A stretch of DNA of 64,000 bases from Candidatus Velesiimonas alkalicola. Lineage in GTDB: Bacteria; Omnitrophota; Gorgyraeia; Velesiimonadales; Velesiimonadaceae. How positions within the stretch are numbered: position 1 is the first letter of the stretch; every line of letters begins with the position of its first letter. This document shows, one piece after another, positions 11,225 to 20,912 of the stretch. The position numbers were made by a program, and so were the translations under genes. The notes beneath the pieces were generated by a model, which was not told where the DNA came from, did no database searches, and saw nothing but the letters and a program-made list of their open reading frames with translations. The stretch spans positions 64,639 to 128,638 of the forward strand of contig NDHX01000002.1 in the NCBI GenBank assembly GCA_013626165.1, in the 5' to 3' direction.

Positions 11225-12073
11225 TTATTCTACCACTTCTGATGCAAACACAAACCTTACACCTTCTGATTCTATCCTTGGTGCAACCCTTAATATAGCC
11301 TTAAGTGTATCTTGTTTTGCATGTCCTATGCCCACCGCCTTACCATTTTTTTTGGCAATGTTTGCCAGATCAATAAGTCTTTGTTCTATCTCAAATTTAT
11401 TTTTTGCATCTATATCAAGAAAAAGACCCGCCCTTTTTGCCCCTCTTATGCCCATCTTCCTTCGGACACTGTCAGCAACAGATGAATCCGATGTCACACT
11501 ATCAATAAAAAAAAGCCTTCTTGATTTTACTTCATCTAAAACAAGTCTCATAACTGCTTCATCCTTTGTTGCAAAAGAACCCATATGGTTGTTCACACCC
11601 ACTGCATTAGGTATCTGTGAAAAAGAATGAGAAAATATTTTTGATACCTCATCTTTTGTCATACCGGGTCTGATACTTGTTTTCCCATCAAGGCTGAGTT
11701 TTCCACTTGCCATAGGAAGGTGTAAGATTACCTCAAGTCCTTTTTCTCTACACTTTTTAGCAATCTGTGTAGAATATGGACCATCAGGAAGAACTGCAAT
11801 AGTTATCTTCCTCTGGATACTATATAAAAGAGGAAGGTTTCGTTTGCTATGTCCCCAATCGTCAAGTATAATGGCGATTTTACCTGGTTTAACCTCAGGC
11901 AAAAGGAGCCTTAATTTCTCTTTTTCTATCTTTTTTTCTTCAGCCTTTTCATGCAAGATAGAAACAGGTTCTGTTTTCCGGTAAGAAGCAACATAATAAC
12001 CAAGGACACCCAGGACCAAACCAACAAGTATCCCGGATATAAATACGGCAACACTACTTTTTGATCTGCTCAT
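11225..12073 (-). CDS. Divergent polysaccharide deacetylase (YibQ-like) with N-terminal membrane anchor
   Basis: IAIILDDWG, LHLPM, GVNNHMGS, FIDSVT, GIGH; downstream of ctpA as is typical. Confidence 0.88.
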   Translation of the reverse strand: MSRSKSSVAVFISGILVGLVLGVLGYYVASYRKTEPVSILHEKAEEKKIEKEKLRLLLPEVKPGKIAIILDDWGHSKRNLPLLYSIQRKITIAVLPDGPYSTQIAKKCREKGLEVILHLPMASGKLSLDGKTSIRPGMTKDEVSKIFSHSFSQIPNAVGVNNHMGSFATKDEAVMRLVLDEVKSRRLFFIDSVTSDSSVADSVRRKMGIRGAKRAGLFLDIDAKNKFEIEQRLIDLANIAKKNGKAVGIGHAKQDTLKAILRVAPRIESEGVRFVFASEVVE

Positions 12074-13313
12074 AAAATTTAAATCCTTTCAAAAGAAAGA
12101 CTGCCTGCTCTAACTGATAATCATAAAATTTTACATCTTCTTTTTCAAGTGTCTCATCTTCTTTTACCTTGTCATTTTCTATATCCTCAAATATCTGTTC
12201 TGCTGTTTTTTCTTTTGCTACTTCAAAGGGAGGTTTTTCTTCAATGATAATATCAGGAGTTATTCCTCCTTTGTCTATGCGATGGCCACCGGGCGTATAG
12301 TATCTACTTGTAGTAAGCCTTAAAGCATAATTGTCTTTTAGTGGAATAACTGTCTGAACGGACCCCTTGCCATATGTTTTTAAACCGACAATCAATCCTC
12401 TTTTGTTGTCCCTTATGGCACCGGCAACAATTTCAGATGCACTTGCACTTCCACCATTTACAAGAACAAGAAGGGGTATATCGGTCGTGGCATGTTTGCC
12501 AGAACTTTTTATTGCTTTTGTTGCCCCAAGTTCAGATTTTCCTGATAGACTTACAATTGTGTCACCCTCTTTTAAAAATCTTTCACTTACGGCAATTGCC
12601 GATGTTAAAAGTCCCCCGGGATTATTTCTTAAATCAAGAATAAGCCTTTTCATACCCTTGTTTTTAAGATTTTCAAGGCTCTTGTCCAGTGCACCTGCTG
12701 TATGTTCATTAAACTGCACAAGCCAGATATGTCCAATATCCTCTTTTATGATTTTTTCTTCCTGGACAGGTTTTATTTCTATTTTTTCCCTTGTAAGTGT
12801 CAGTTCTTGAAGCTTTTTATCCTTTTTTCTCCATATAACAATTTTAATCTGTGTTCCGGGTTTTCCTCTTAATTTATCAACAGCATCACCTGCCTGAATT
12901 CCTTTTGTTGATTCTCCTTCTATTCTTACAATTCTATCCCCGGACTTTATCCCTGCCCTTGATGCTGGTGTATCAGGCATAGGAGCAATAACTGTAAGAA
13001 TCTCATCTCTTATGCCGATAAACATTCCAAGCCCACCATACTCTCCCTTACTCTGTATTTGTAAATCTCTGTACTGTCTTTGATCCATAAACTCACTGCT
13101 TGGGTCAAGATTTTGGACCATTCCTTTTATTGCACCATCTATTATCTTTTTTAAAGGAACAATATCCACATAATACTGCTGAACAATAGAAAGAGCCTCA
13201 GTAAACCTTTCAAGTTCCTTATATGTCTGTTTTTTATCTATCCGTGGTTCTGAAAAAACAGAAACACTAAAAAAAATAAAAAATATTAAAACAAATTTGC
13301 AAATCCTATTCAT
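12054..13313 (-). CDS. ctpA: S41 carboxy-terminal processing protease (PDZ domain)
   Basis: Signal peptide, GGLG PDZ loop, LDLRNNPGGLL, SASASEIVAG, GKGSVQ. Confidence 0.93.
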   Translation of the reverse strand: MNRICKFVLIFFIFFSVSVFSEPRIDKKQTYKELERFTEALSIVQQYYVDIVPLKKIIDGAIKGMVQNLDPSSEFMDQRQYRDLQIQSKGEYGGLGMFIGIRDEILTVIAPMPDTPASRAGIKSGDRIVRIEGESTKGIQAGDAVDKLRGKPGTQIKIVIWRKKDKKLQELTLTREKIEIKPVQEEKIIKEDIGHIWLVQFNEHTAGALDKSLENLKNKGMKRLILDLRNNPGGLLTSAIAVSERFLKEGDTIVSLSGKSELGATKAIKSSGKHATTDIPLLVLVNGGSASASEIVAGAIRDNKRGLIVGLKTYGKGSVQTVIPLKDNYALRLTTSRYYTPGGHRIDKGGITPDIIIEEKPPFEVAKEKTAEQIFEDIENDKVKEDETLEKEDVKFYDYQLEQAVFLLKGFKFYEQIKK

Positions 13314-13496
13314 TTCCCCTCCTTTGTTTAACAGTTGTTAGTTTGTCCCGGCCTTTATGATGTGGTTACAAACTAACACTCCAGAACATCCTCTTTTATT
13401 TTATTTATTTTAACAGAATCTATGAACAAATGTCAAGGCAAGGTAACCTTTAAGCCCAAGCATTAGGGCTTTAGAGCGGTTTTGTCAAATTTATTT

Positions 13497-14000
13497 TTAG
13501 CGGCGTCTAAACCACCTTTTTATTCTTAACATTATGTCAGTTAATGTTCCGATTGGGCAAAATATCAAACACCAGAATCTATGGCTAAAAAATGAGAGTA
13601 CAAATATCAAACCGATAAGAAACCAAAAAATATAGCCACCAATAATAAATGAGAAGTATTCTCTGGTTGCCAATATAAATAAAAATACTAAACCAAAAAT
13701 GAAAAATCTGACCCAGTGGCCCCAGGAAGGTAGAATAAACTTTTTTATCTTTATCCCCCGTTGCAAATCCTGAATTGTCCCGCAAGGACACAAAGAAGAA
13801 CAATAAAACCTCCTTTTAAGATTCAATCCCAGCATCCCTAAAAGCAAGAACCACCTTAATCTTCCCCAGGGACATTTTAAATAGCAAATAGAACAGTATA
13901 GGTAAGGCAGACGGAAAGGACAAAATACGAAAGGATAAAAAAGAAGCGGCCCTAAAACTACTAACAAAATTATCTTCACAATTTTTATTTTGCTTATCAC
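13497..14000 (-). CDS. Membrane 4Fe-4S-binding protein (NapH/MauN-like membrane module)
   Basis: Several hydrophobic helices; CSICYLKCP, RFYCSSLCPCGTIQD, RFWCLIFCPIG. Confidence 0.75.
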   Translation of the reverse strand: MISKIKIVKIILLVVLGPLLFYPFVFCPFRLPYLYCSICYLKCPWGRLRWFLLLGMLGLNLKRRFYCSSLCPCGTIQDLQRGIKIKKFILPSWGHWVRFFIFGLVFLFILATREYFSFIIGGYIFWFLIGLIFVLSFFSHRFWCLIFCPIGTLTDIMLRIKRWFRRR

Positions 14001-14003
14001 AAG

Positions 14004-15146
14004 TTACCTATTCCAGATGCCAGCAATTTTATATCCGCACAATCCGCACCCTCCATCTCTTATATTATTACTCAGAACTGTAAAATGAATCCGATGAATT
14101 AGTCTCTTTTGACATTGAGGGCAATAAGTACTATTACCTTTATGGCCAGGGAGATTACCGATATAGACATATTTTAGTCCTACGCTTTGAGCAATTTTTC
14201 TTGCCGCCTCCAAAGTCCTAACTGGTGTGGCTGGCAGATGCATTAGTCTATAAGCCGGGGAAAAGCGATTAAAATGTAAAGGGACATCCTCTCCTAAATT
14301 GTCTCTAATCCAGATACACATCTGTTCTATCTTATCCAGATCATCGTTCAGGGTTGGAATAATTAAATGGACAATCTCTAAATGCACACCCTCCTGCTTG
14401 ATAATTTTTAAGGTTTCCAATACAGGTTTCAATTGAGCCTGTAAAATTTCTTGATAAAATTTTTCATCAAAACCCTTAAGATCCACTGTAACCCCGTCCA
14501 TATATTTAAGGACTTGCCGCAAAGGTTCAGGAGATATTGAGCCATTAGTATGAAAAAGGTTCAAAAGTCCTTTCTTTTTAGCCAACCTTGCAACATCAAG
14601 CATATACTCGTAAAAAATTGTTGGTTCATTTATGCTGTGGGAGATAGACTTGCACCCCTTTCTTATTGCTTCCTCTACAACCTCTTCGGGAGAATAATTT
14701 TTGCTTCCTAGTTCTTCAGGACCCCGGGTGGTAATATGCCAGTTGTGGCAGTATTTGCAGCGGAAATTGCAAGAAGCGGTAAAAACACAGAGATTCTTGT
14801 GTCCGGGAAGCATATGATACATCGGCTCAAGTTCAATAGGGTCAATCTGAAGTCCCACGGGCCTGCCATAAACTAAACTGTACAATTTCCCTCCTTGATT
14901 TTCCCTTACCCGACAGAATCCACGCCCGCCTTCAGTAATAATACACTTCCGGAAACAAAGTCTACATTGGACCTTGTTATTATCTAATTTTTGATAAAAC
15001 ATCGCCTCCTTCCCGCCTGCCAGCCTGTCCGCCGAAGCCTCTACGTAGGCGGGAGCAAAGCGGCGAACAAGCAGGCCCACCCCATTTATTTTTAAAGTGG
15101 CAGATATTAAACAAAACAAAAATATTATTAACCCTATTCTTCTCAT
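14004..15146 (-). CDS. amrS: AmmeMemoRadiSam system radical SAM enzyme with N-terminal hydrophobic signal
   Basis: QCRLCFRKC...GFCRVREN, DPIE, CNFRCKYCHNW, NEPT, PLHFxRF, YVYIGN, C-terminal CPQC...CGLC; ATG 15146 preferred. Confidence 0.9.
   Translation of the reverse strand: MRRIGLIIFLFCLISATLKINGVGLLVRRFAPAYVEASADRLAGGKEAMFYQKLDNNKVQCRLCFRKCIITEGGRGFCRVRENQGGKLYSLVYGRPVGLQIDPIELEPMYHMLPGHKNLCVFTASCNFRCKYCHNWHITTRGPEELGSKNYSPEEVVEEAIRKGCKSISHSINEPTIFYEYMLDVARLAKKKGLLNLFHTNGSISPEPLRQVLKYMDGVTVDLKGFDEKFYQEILQAQLKPVLETLKIIKQEGVHLEIVHLIIPTLNDDLDKIEQMCIWIRDNLGEDVPLHFNRFSPAYRLMHLPATPVRTLEAARKIAQSVGLKYVYIGNLPGHKGNSTYCPQCQKRLIHRIHFTVLSNNIRDGGCGLCGYKIAGIWNR
15012..15075. repeat. GC-rich nested palindromic element inside the amrS coding sequence
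   Basis: cccgcctgccag-[cctgtccgccgaagcctctacgtaggcggg]-agcaaagcggcgaacaagcagg; CCCGCCT/AGGCGGG arms. Confidence 0.6.
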
Positions 15147-15183
15147 ATTTAATACAAACACATTAAATTGCTTTACATAAAAT

Positions 15184-15229
15184 AATCTCCCCTAACCCCT
15201 CTTTCGGGCACTCTCTGGATTAGGGGGAA
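15184..15229. repeat. REP-like dispersed repeat, inverted copy of 49023-49060
   Basis: aatctcccctaacccctctttcgggcactctc vs reverse complement of the 49 kb copy aatttcccctaacctttctttcgggcaccctc. Confidence 0.7.
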
Positions 15230-15292
15230 CAACGAAAGGGATGACTTTTCATTATTTATGTGAAACACAATAGGTTTATTTTATTGTTTTAA

Positions 15293-15419
15293 TATTGACC
15301 TTTGCATAAAGGGATAAATGGGGTCAACTCTATTTTCTTTTTTTAATAATACTACATTGGTTTTTTAGAGAAAATAGAGTTGACCCCATTTATCACATAT
15401 CATTATGCAAAGGTCAATA
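15293..15419. repeat. Nested perfect inverted repeats (17-bp outer, 26-bp inner), MITE/REPIN-like
   Basis: tattgacctttgcataa 15293-15309 / 15403-15419; gataaatggggtcaactctattttct 15313-15338 / 15369-15394. Confidence 0.9.
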
Positions 15420-15421
15420 AT

Positions 15422-15793
15422 TTAATACACATTTAAATCTTTTAAACGTTTATCAGATATTCCGAAATGATGGGCGATCTCATGCTGTATAACATGTTTT
15501 ATCTCCTTGTAAATATCTAATCCTTTTTTCTCACATTCCAGCTCAATATTTTGTTTATAAAGTATAATCTTATCGGGCATCACCATGCCATAATAATGAG
15601 TCCTGTCTTTCAAGGGAACACCGTAATAAAGTCCCAAGAGTCGACTTTGTGTGCCCGGCCTGAGTTTTTTTACCATGTCCACATTAAGATCTTCCTCAAT
15701 GGTGATATCTACATTTTGAAGTTTATCCTTGAATTTTTTCGGAAGCCCCTTCAAAACATCTGCAACCAATGATTCAAATTCCTTGCGAGTCAT
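15422..15793 (-). CDS. Minimal zincin-like metallopeptidase (Zincin_1/DUF1025-like)
   Basis: LLGLYYGVP, MPDKIILY, HEIAHHFG. Confidence 0.88.
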   Translation of the reverse strand: MTRKEFESLVADVLKGLPKKFKDKLQNVDITIEEDLNVDMVKKLRPGTQSRLLGLYYGVPLKDRTHYYGMVMPDKIILYKQNIELECEKKGLDIYKEIKHVIQHEIAHHFGISDKRLKDLNVY

Positions 15794-15896
15794 ATCTTCG
15801 AGACCATTTATTATTGGCCCTCTATTCTAAAGTAATCATATAAACGGGCTCACTACTTATTAGTTATATGGACGGGTCAGGGAGTAGTTTCCCAAC

Positions 15897-15970
15897 TTGT
15901 CATCCGTTGAGAAGCGAAGCGACAAAGGATCTCATGAGATCCTTCAGCCCCTCGTGCTTTAGGATAAGCC
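15897..15970. repeat. Degenerate REP-like doublet containing a perfect 20-bp palindrome
   Basis: aaggatctcatgagatcctt (15925-15944) within ttgtcatcc...gaagcgaagcgac...ttaggataag. Confidence 0.55.
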
Positions 15971-16031
15971 CTTCGGGAAAGAATAGAAAAACCCCGACTG
16001 CTTATTTATTTGACAGAGTATTATAATAATC

Positions 16032-17492
16032 TTATTCTCCAAAGACCTGAGTTGAATAGATGTAGAACTCCATATCTTTATCACGCCAGGCTCCTGGGGC
16101 AAGTCCGGCCTTGCGGCAGAGTTGTTCTAAAGTCTCTTTTCTATCCCATCCCTGCTCAAGGGGCACATGGGGGAGAAATGTTGCTCCCCGTCGGCCCTTT
16201 CGCATAATAATTCCATGCTTTCCAACTTCATATTGACTAACATTGTCTATCTTTACTAAGGGAGAAAGATACACCGAAAGTTCTATTTTAATATCTTCAA
16301 TCTCTTCTGGCCTCAATTTAGGAAATCGCCTGTCAAAAAAAGCAGCATCTATAGCAGTTTTTGCAACCTGTTTGTAAAGTGGCAGTTCCGATTCGTGTAC
16401 ACCGATACAACCCCGCAATTTTCCGTCTTTGTAAATAGTGACGAATATGCCCCGTCTTTCATTTAACACCGTATAATTTCCTGGTTCAATTTTTGGTGTT
16501 GCAGATGTTACTGCATACCCCTGAATGGCCTGACGGGCAAGTTTAAGAAGTATCTTTTGTGCCTCTTTACTTAAAGGTTCATAAGTCTCTATCCCTTGAG
16601 AGCCGGCCAAACTAGTTATGGCCATTGCCGCATAGCCCACTACCCGGGACTTGTCTCCAAAGGGCACATCCCCGGAGTTAGCATATTTTAACAGTTTGAC
16701 TTTGTTCGCACCCAACTTTTCGGCTACTAACATAGTAACTACTGTTGCTGCGCCACCACAGAGCTCATATTCATTTCTTTGCAAACCTTTAAAGAGCAGA
16801 TCACCATCTAATTTTTCCATCGCCGAAATTGTTTTTTTATCAATCTCTACTGCCTCCTGATAGGGATGGAAATGGGAAAGGTCAGTAGAAGCGATAAAGA
16901 GCACATTCCTGTCCTTGGTGTGTTTAAGAAGCGCATCGGCCAAAATTTTACAGGTCTGAAGGTTGCGCTCACCCATTATTATGGGCACAATTTTAAAATC
17001 TCCAAGCACTGTTTGTAAAAATGGTAGTTGTACCTCCAGGGAATGCTCCTTTTTATGCGCCTGAGGATGAAAACCTATTTTTTCATTTTCTTTAATTAGT
17101 TTTTTCACTAATGTTCTATCTACTGACACATCCCCTAAGGGAGTGCGATAGGCAGAGTAGTTTCCGATGGAAGCACCGGGAAACTTCATCCTATGGCTAT
17201 CCCCGATTAAAATAATGGTATCAAAATCTCTTCCTTCTAACTGTTTATAAGAATGTGCCGCCACCTGGCCTGAGAAGACAAAACCAGCGTGGGGAACAAC
17301 TAATGCAACCAACTCTCCGTCTAACTCTACCGGCTGGACTTGTTCTAAAAACCCTTTAACCATCCTCCTTAACTCTGGGACAGAAGCAGGATAAAAACTG
17401 CCTGCTACTGCTGGTTGCCGAACCTCTTCTGCTACTGCCCATTTAACCATACTAAAAACCAAAAGAGTAATTATAAGTATCCTTTCATTCAT
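16032..17492 (-). CDS. AmmeMemoRadiSam protein B (Memo) fused to protein A (AMMECR1), with signal peptide
   Basis: RQPAVAGSFYP, VPHAG, EHSLEVQLPF, STDLSH, LCG, VGYA (Memo); GIFVT...LRGCIG, DRRF, GATFLP, LCRKAG (AMMECR1); N-terminus MNERILIITLLVFSMVKWAVA. Confidence 0.92.
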   Translation of the reverse strand: MNERILIITLLVFSMVKWAVAEEVRQPAVAGSFYPASVPELRRMVKGFLEQVQPVELDGELVALVVPHAGFVFSGQVAAHSYKQLEGRDFDTIILIGDSHRMKFPGASIGNYSAYRTPLGDVSVDRTLVKKLIKENEKIGFHPQAHKKEHSLEVQLPFLQTVLGDFKIVPIIMGERNLQTCKILADALLKHTKDRNVLFIASTDLSHFHPYQEAVEIDKKTISAMEKLDGDLLFKGLQRNEYELCGGAATVVTMLVAEKLGANKVKLLKYANSGDVPFGDKSRVVGYAAMAITSLAGSQGIETYEPLSKEAQKILLKLARQAIQGYAVTSATPKIEPGNYTVLNERRGIFVTIYKDGKLRGCIGVHESELPLYKQVAKTAIDAAFFDRRFPKLRPEEIEDIKIELSVYLSPLVKIDNVSQYEVGKHGIIMRKGRRGATFLPHVPLEQGWDRKETLEQLCRKAGLAPGAWRDKDMEFYIYSTQVFGE

Positions 17493-17506
17493 AATCTTGC
17501 TCCCCC

Positions 17507-17905
17507 CTAATATCTTCCCACTGGCATTATGTAAAGAGGCACTTCATCCTTTGCCCCGAGAATTTTCTTAACTGCTTCGTCATGGAAGGCACCGATTATC
17601 ACTGTGCCTAAACCCAATGCCTCTGCCTGCAGGTGAACATTTTGACCCGCACCTCCCACATCCATAGGGACATAGCGAACCTCGCCTCTTTTGCCATATC
17701 TTCTTGTAGTGCAAAAAATAGACCACAGTAAAGACTAAACTTACAGGAGCATTTGCTACCATCCTCTGCTCCAGAGCTGCCAACATTAACTGCTTGCAAA
17801 AATCATCTTCTTTTACGGAAACAATAATATGCTCTTGCCAGTTATAATGATAAATACCAGAGGGCAGATAGGTCTCTAACGGGTAAACCCGTTTGTTGCT
17901 TGGTA
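17507..17905 (-). pseudogene. SagB/ThcOx-family (nitroreductase-fold) dehydrogenase remnant
   Basis: YPLETY-LPSGIYHY...AALEQRMVANAP in one frame, then RRYGKRGEVRYVPMDVGGAGQNVHLQAEALGLGTVIIGAF...PLYIMPVG* after a shift at the A6 run 17713-17718; N-terminal half missing. Confidence 0.8.
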
Positions 17906-17907
17906 AA

Positions 17908-19362
17908 CTATTGAGGGATTGAAATATCAAGTAAGCGAACCTCACCAAGGCTTGAAAGAGGCTTATCGAAAAACTCAGGGTTACCCACTACAAGTATGGT
18001 CAGTTTGTCCGGTTTTAGATGAGCCCGGGCAACCCTTAAAATATCATTTTTTGTTACCTCTTTTATACCCTCAATGAGCCTCTTTATATAATCAAGGGGA
18101 TACCCATAGTATTCATAACGCATAAGCCTTTCAATTATTTCATCTTTTGTATCAAACCAGAAGACAGCTGCATTTAAAATACTTTCTTTGCCGACTTTAA
18201 GTTCTTCATAACTTACTTCTTTCTGCCGTATTAGTTCAATCTCTCTTTTCATCAGAGTTATTGCCTCAATAGTGCGACCTAAAGAAGTCTGGGCAGTAGC
18301 AATAAACAACCCTGGATAATCAAACTCAGCCGTTTGCCATGCCCAAACCTCATAAGCGAGCCCCTCTTCTGTCCGCAGACGACGGCCAAATCTTGAATGC
18401 CAGCCTGCTCCTAATATTTTACTCAACACTATGGAAGCAAAATAATCAGGATGATCACGCCTTATACCTAAATGGCCCATTCTTATCGCAGACTGGGTGG
18501 CCTCTTTTCGGATAACTAAATTAAATGAGGCAATGGGCTCCTGCTCAATTATGGGCTTCTCAGGAAATTGAATCTCTCTTGGTTCCCAATCTCCGAATAT
18601 ACTTTCTACCTTTTTAAGCATCTCTTCGCTCTCAAAATCTCCCCACAAACCCAGAACAATATTGTTAGGATGAAAAAAATTATTATAAAATAACACTAAA
18701 TCATTCCTGGTAATCTTCTCTATTGTTTTATACTCTACAATCCTCGCATAGGGATTATCTCTCCCATAAATAAGCCTTCTAAATTCTCTGTTGGCAAGCT
18801 CCTCTATATTGTCATTTCTGCGGGCAATTAATCCCCTTATTTTAATTTTGGCAAGTTCTATTTTAGCCTGGTCAAAGAGAGGGTTCCTTAAAATATCACC
18901 GAATACAGAGAAGATTTCATTGAAATTATCTTTAAGAGAAAAACCACAAACCCAACCCATATCTCTATCAGCGCCTGCCTCTATCTGAGCTCCTACCCTC
19001 TCAAGTTTCATATCTATCTCGTTTCCTGTCCTCTGTCCACCCCCTCCTGTTCTGATAACTTCAAATGTTATATCACAAAGTCCAGCCTTATCCTGGGGAT
19101 CCCAAATAGAGCCCGTCTTTATAAGAGCCTTGAAATGGATAAGGGGTAATGTTCTGTCCTCCATAAGATAAACAATCATTCCGTTTTTAAGCTCTCTTCT
19201 TGTATATTCCGGAACTTCAATAGGCTCTAATTCAACAAACTCCAATCTCTGAAAATCCCTTGTCGTATCTCTTTTTGGAAAGCAGCCTATCAGAAAAACA
19301 GGGACTAACAAAAAAATAATTCCTTTTTTAATCTTTTTAAGTTCTCTCTTCATCTTACTCAC
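17908..19362 (-). CDS. M16B peptidase non-catalytic subunit, probable lipoprotein
   Basis: LKNGMIVY, ILGAGWHSRF, EGLAY; no HxxEH; lipobox-like FLIGC. Confidence 0.85.
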   Translation of the reverse strand: MSKMKRELKKIKKGIIFLLVPVFLIGCFPKRDTTRDFQRLEFVELEPIEVPEYTRRELKNGMIVYLMEDRTLPLIHFKALIKTGSIWDPQDKAGLCDITFEVIRTGGGGQRTGNEIDMKLERVGAQIEAGADRDMGWVCGFSLKDNFNEIFSVFGDILRNPLFDQAKIELAKIKIRGLIARRNDNIEELANREFRRLIYGRDNPYARIVEYKTIEKITRNDLVLFYNNFFHPNNIVLGLWGDFESEEMLKKVESIFGDWEPREIQFPEKPIIEQEPIASFNLVIRKEATQSAIRMGHLGIRRDHPDYFASIVLSKILGAGWHSRFGRRLRTEEGLAYEVWAWQTAEFDYPGLFIATAQTSLGRTIEAITLMKREIELIRQKEVSYEELKVGKESILNAAVFWFDTKDEIIERLMRYEYYGYPLDYIKRLIEGIKEVTKNDILRVARAHLKPDKLTILVVGNPEFFDKPLSSLGEVRLLDISIPQ

Positions 19363-20912
19363 AGTTTAGGCTCAACCATTCCCACAACTCTATTCTGTGA
19401 AAAAAAGTAGTTATTTACTACCCTCTTTATATCTTCTTCGCTCACTTTCTCAACCTTTTCTAATTCTTTAAACATATTCCTCCAGTCGCCTGTCACCGCT
19501 TCATACCAGGCAAGCTCCCTGGCTATCCCTCTTCTGGACTTAAGCCCTCTGATGAACTCGGTCCTCACCCTGGCCTTCGCTCCTTCTAATTCTGTGACAT
19601 TTACAAGTTCCTTCTTTAATCTCTCAATCTCCTCGTAAATTAACCTTTCCACTTCTTGGTTTGTATGGCCCTTTGATGCCATTCCCCACAAATAAAACAT
19701 CCCGGGATATTTTGGAGCCCAGGACCAAGAACCCACATCTATGGCAACCTTTTCTTTTTTTACGAGACGCTCATATAACCGAGAGGTTCTTCCCCCACCC
19801 AAGATCTCTGCAACTATCCTCAGCATTGGTCGGTCGGGATGAGTAGCCTTAAATGTATGATAGCCTATTATTAAAATTGGTTCTGCCTTTATTTCCACGG
19901 TAACTTTTCTTTCAGAAGCCTGAACCGGTTCAACTGTTATTACTGAAGGTGGTCTGTCTTTAACCGGAAATCTTCCAAAGTACTTCTCCATCTTGGGGAT
20001 AAGTCTTTCTGGCTCTACATCGCCCACAATGGCCACTATTATATTACAAGGGGTATAGTGTTTTTCATAAAAACTCCTTATCTTATCTCGTGTCATATTT
20101 TCAAGATCGCTCATGTGCCCAATTATAGGATTCCCGTAGGGATGTGCTTTATAAGCAATTGCCCTGAATTCCTCCCAGAGCCTTCCCCACGGTGAGTTGT
20201 CAACGAGCATCCTTCTCTCTTCTTTGACAACTTTCAATTCTTGATAAAACCCACGCGCTACTGAATTCAGTAACCGGTCAGACTCCAAGAGCGCCCACAA
20301 CTGGACCTTATTAGAAGGAAGCTCAACCCAGTAACAGGTAAAATCATAACTGATATAGGCACCAGGGCCAATTGCTCCAGCTCGCTCGAGAATCTGACCA
20401 AACTCATTAGTTCTGGTAAACCTATCTGCAGCAAGTCTAGCTTCTTCAAACTCTTCCTCAAGCCTCTGTGTATTTTCTCCTTCTGCTTTAGCCATTAACA
20501 ATTTTTTGTGAATACGGTCAAGTTTGGCCAAAGCCTTTTTCTCATCTTTCCAATTTTTGGTTCCAATAACCTGGGTTCCATTAAAGGCTAAATGCTCCAG
20601 TAGATGGGCTATCCCTGTCTCCCCTACTCTTTCATTTACCGCGCCAACATCCACATGCACTTGAAAGGAAACAACCGGAGCAGAATGGTCGGACAGAATT
20701 ATAAGTCGTATGCCATTTTTGAGCGTATGCTCGGTAACCCTTTCCTGGTAATCTTTATAAGCCAAGCAATGGTCTGCAAGAGCTATAAATATTATGAAAA
20801 CTACACAGATAAACCCTGTTAGAAATCTTTCGGCCTTAGCCATAACTTGTTTATTATAAGCAACAGGTTTCAATAATAATCCCATCATCTTCTCAGCCAC
20901 CAGAATCCCCAC
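19359..20912 (-). CDS. M16B zinc peptidase catalytic subunit with hydrophobic N-terminus (true start probably downstream of the track start)
   Basis: GIAHLLEHLAFNGT, EERR, HPYGNPIIG, GGRTSRLY. Confidence 0.9.
   Translation of the reverse strand: MGILVAEKMMGLLLKPVAYNKQVMAKAERFLTGFICVVFIIFIALADHCLAYKDYQERVTEHTLKNGIRLIILSDHSAPVVSFQVHVDVGAVNERVGETGIAHLLEHLAFNGTQVIGTKNWKDEKKALAKLDRIHKKLLMAKAEGENTQRLEEEFEEARLAADRFTRTNEFGQILERAGAIGPGAYISYDFTCYWVELPSNKVQLWALLESDRLLNSVARGFYQELKVVKEERRMLVDNSPWGRLWEEFRAIAYKAHPYGNPIIGHMSDLENMTRDKIRSFYEKHYTPCNIIVAIVGDVEPERLIPKMEKYFGRFPVKDRPPSVITVEPVQASERKVTVEIKAEPILIIGYHTFKATHPDRPMLRIVAEILGGGRTSRLYERLVKKEKVAIDVGSWSWAPKYPGMFYLWGMASKGHTNQEVERLIYEEIERLKKELVNVTELEGAKARVRTEFIRGLKSRRGIARELAWYEAVTGDWRNMFKELEKVEKVSEEDIKRVVNNYFFSQNRVVGMVEPKL

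Noticed and set aside
16010-16038. Antisense promoter TTGACA-17-TATTCT into the Memo-AMMECR1 gene
   Set aside because: The -10 match is weak and such hits are common in AT-rich DNA
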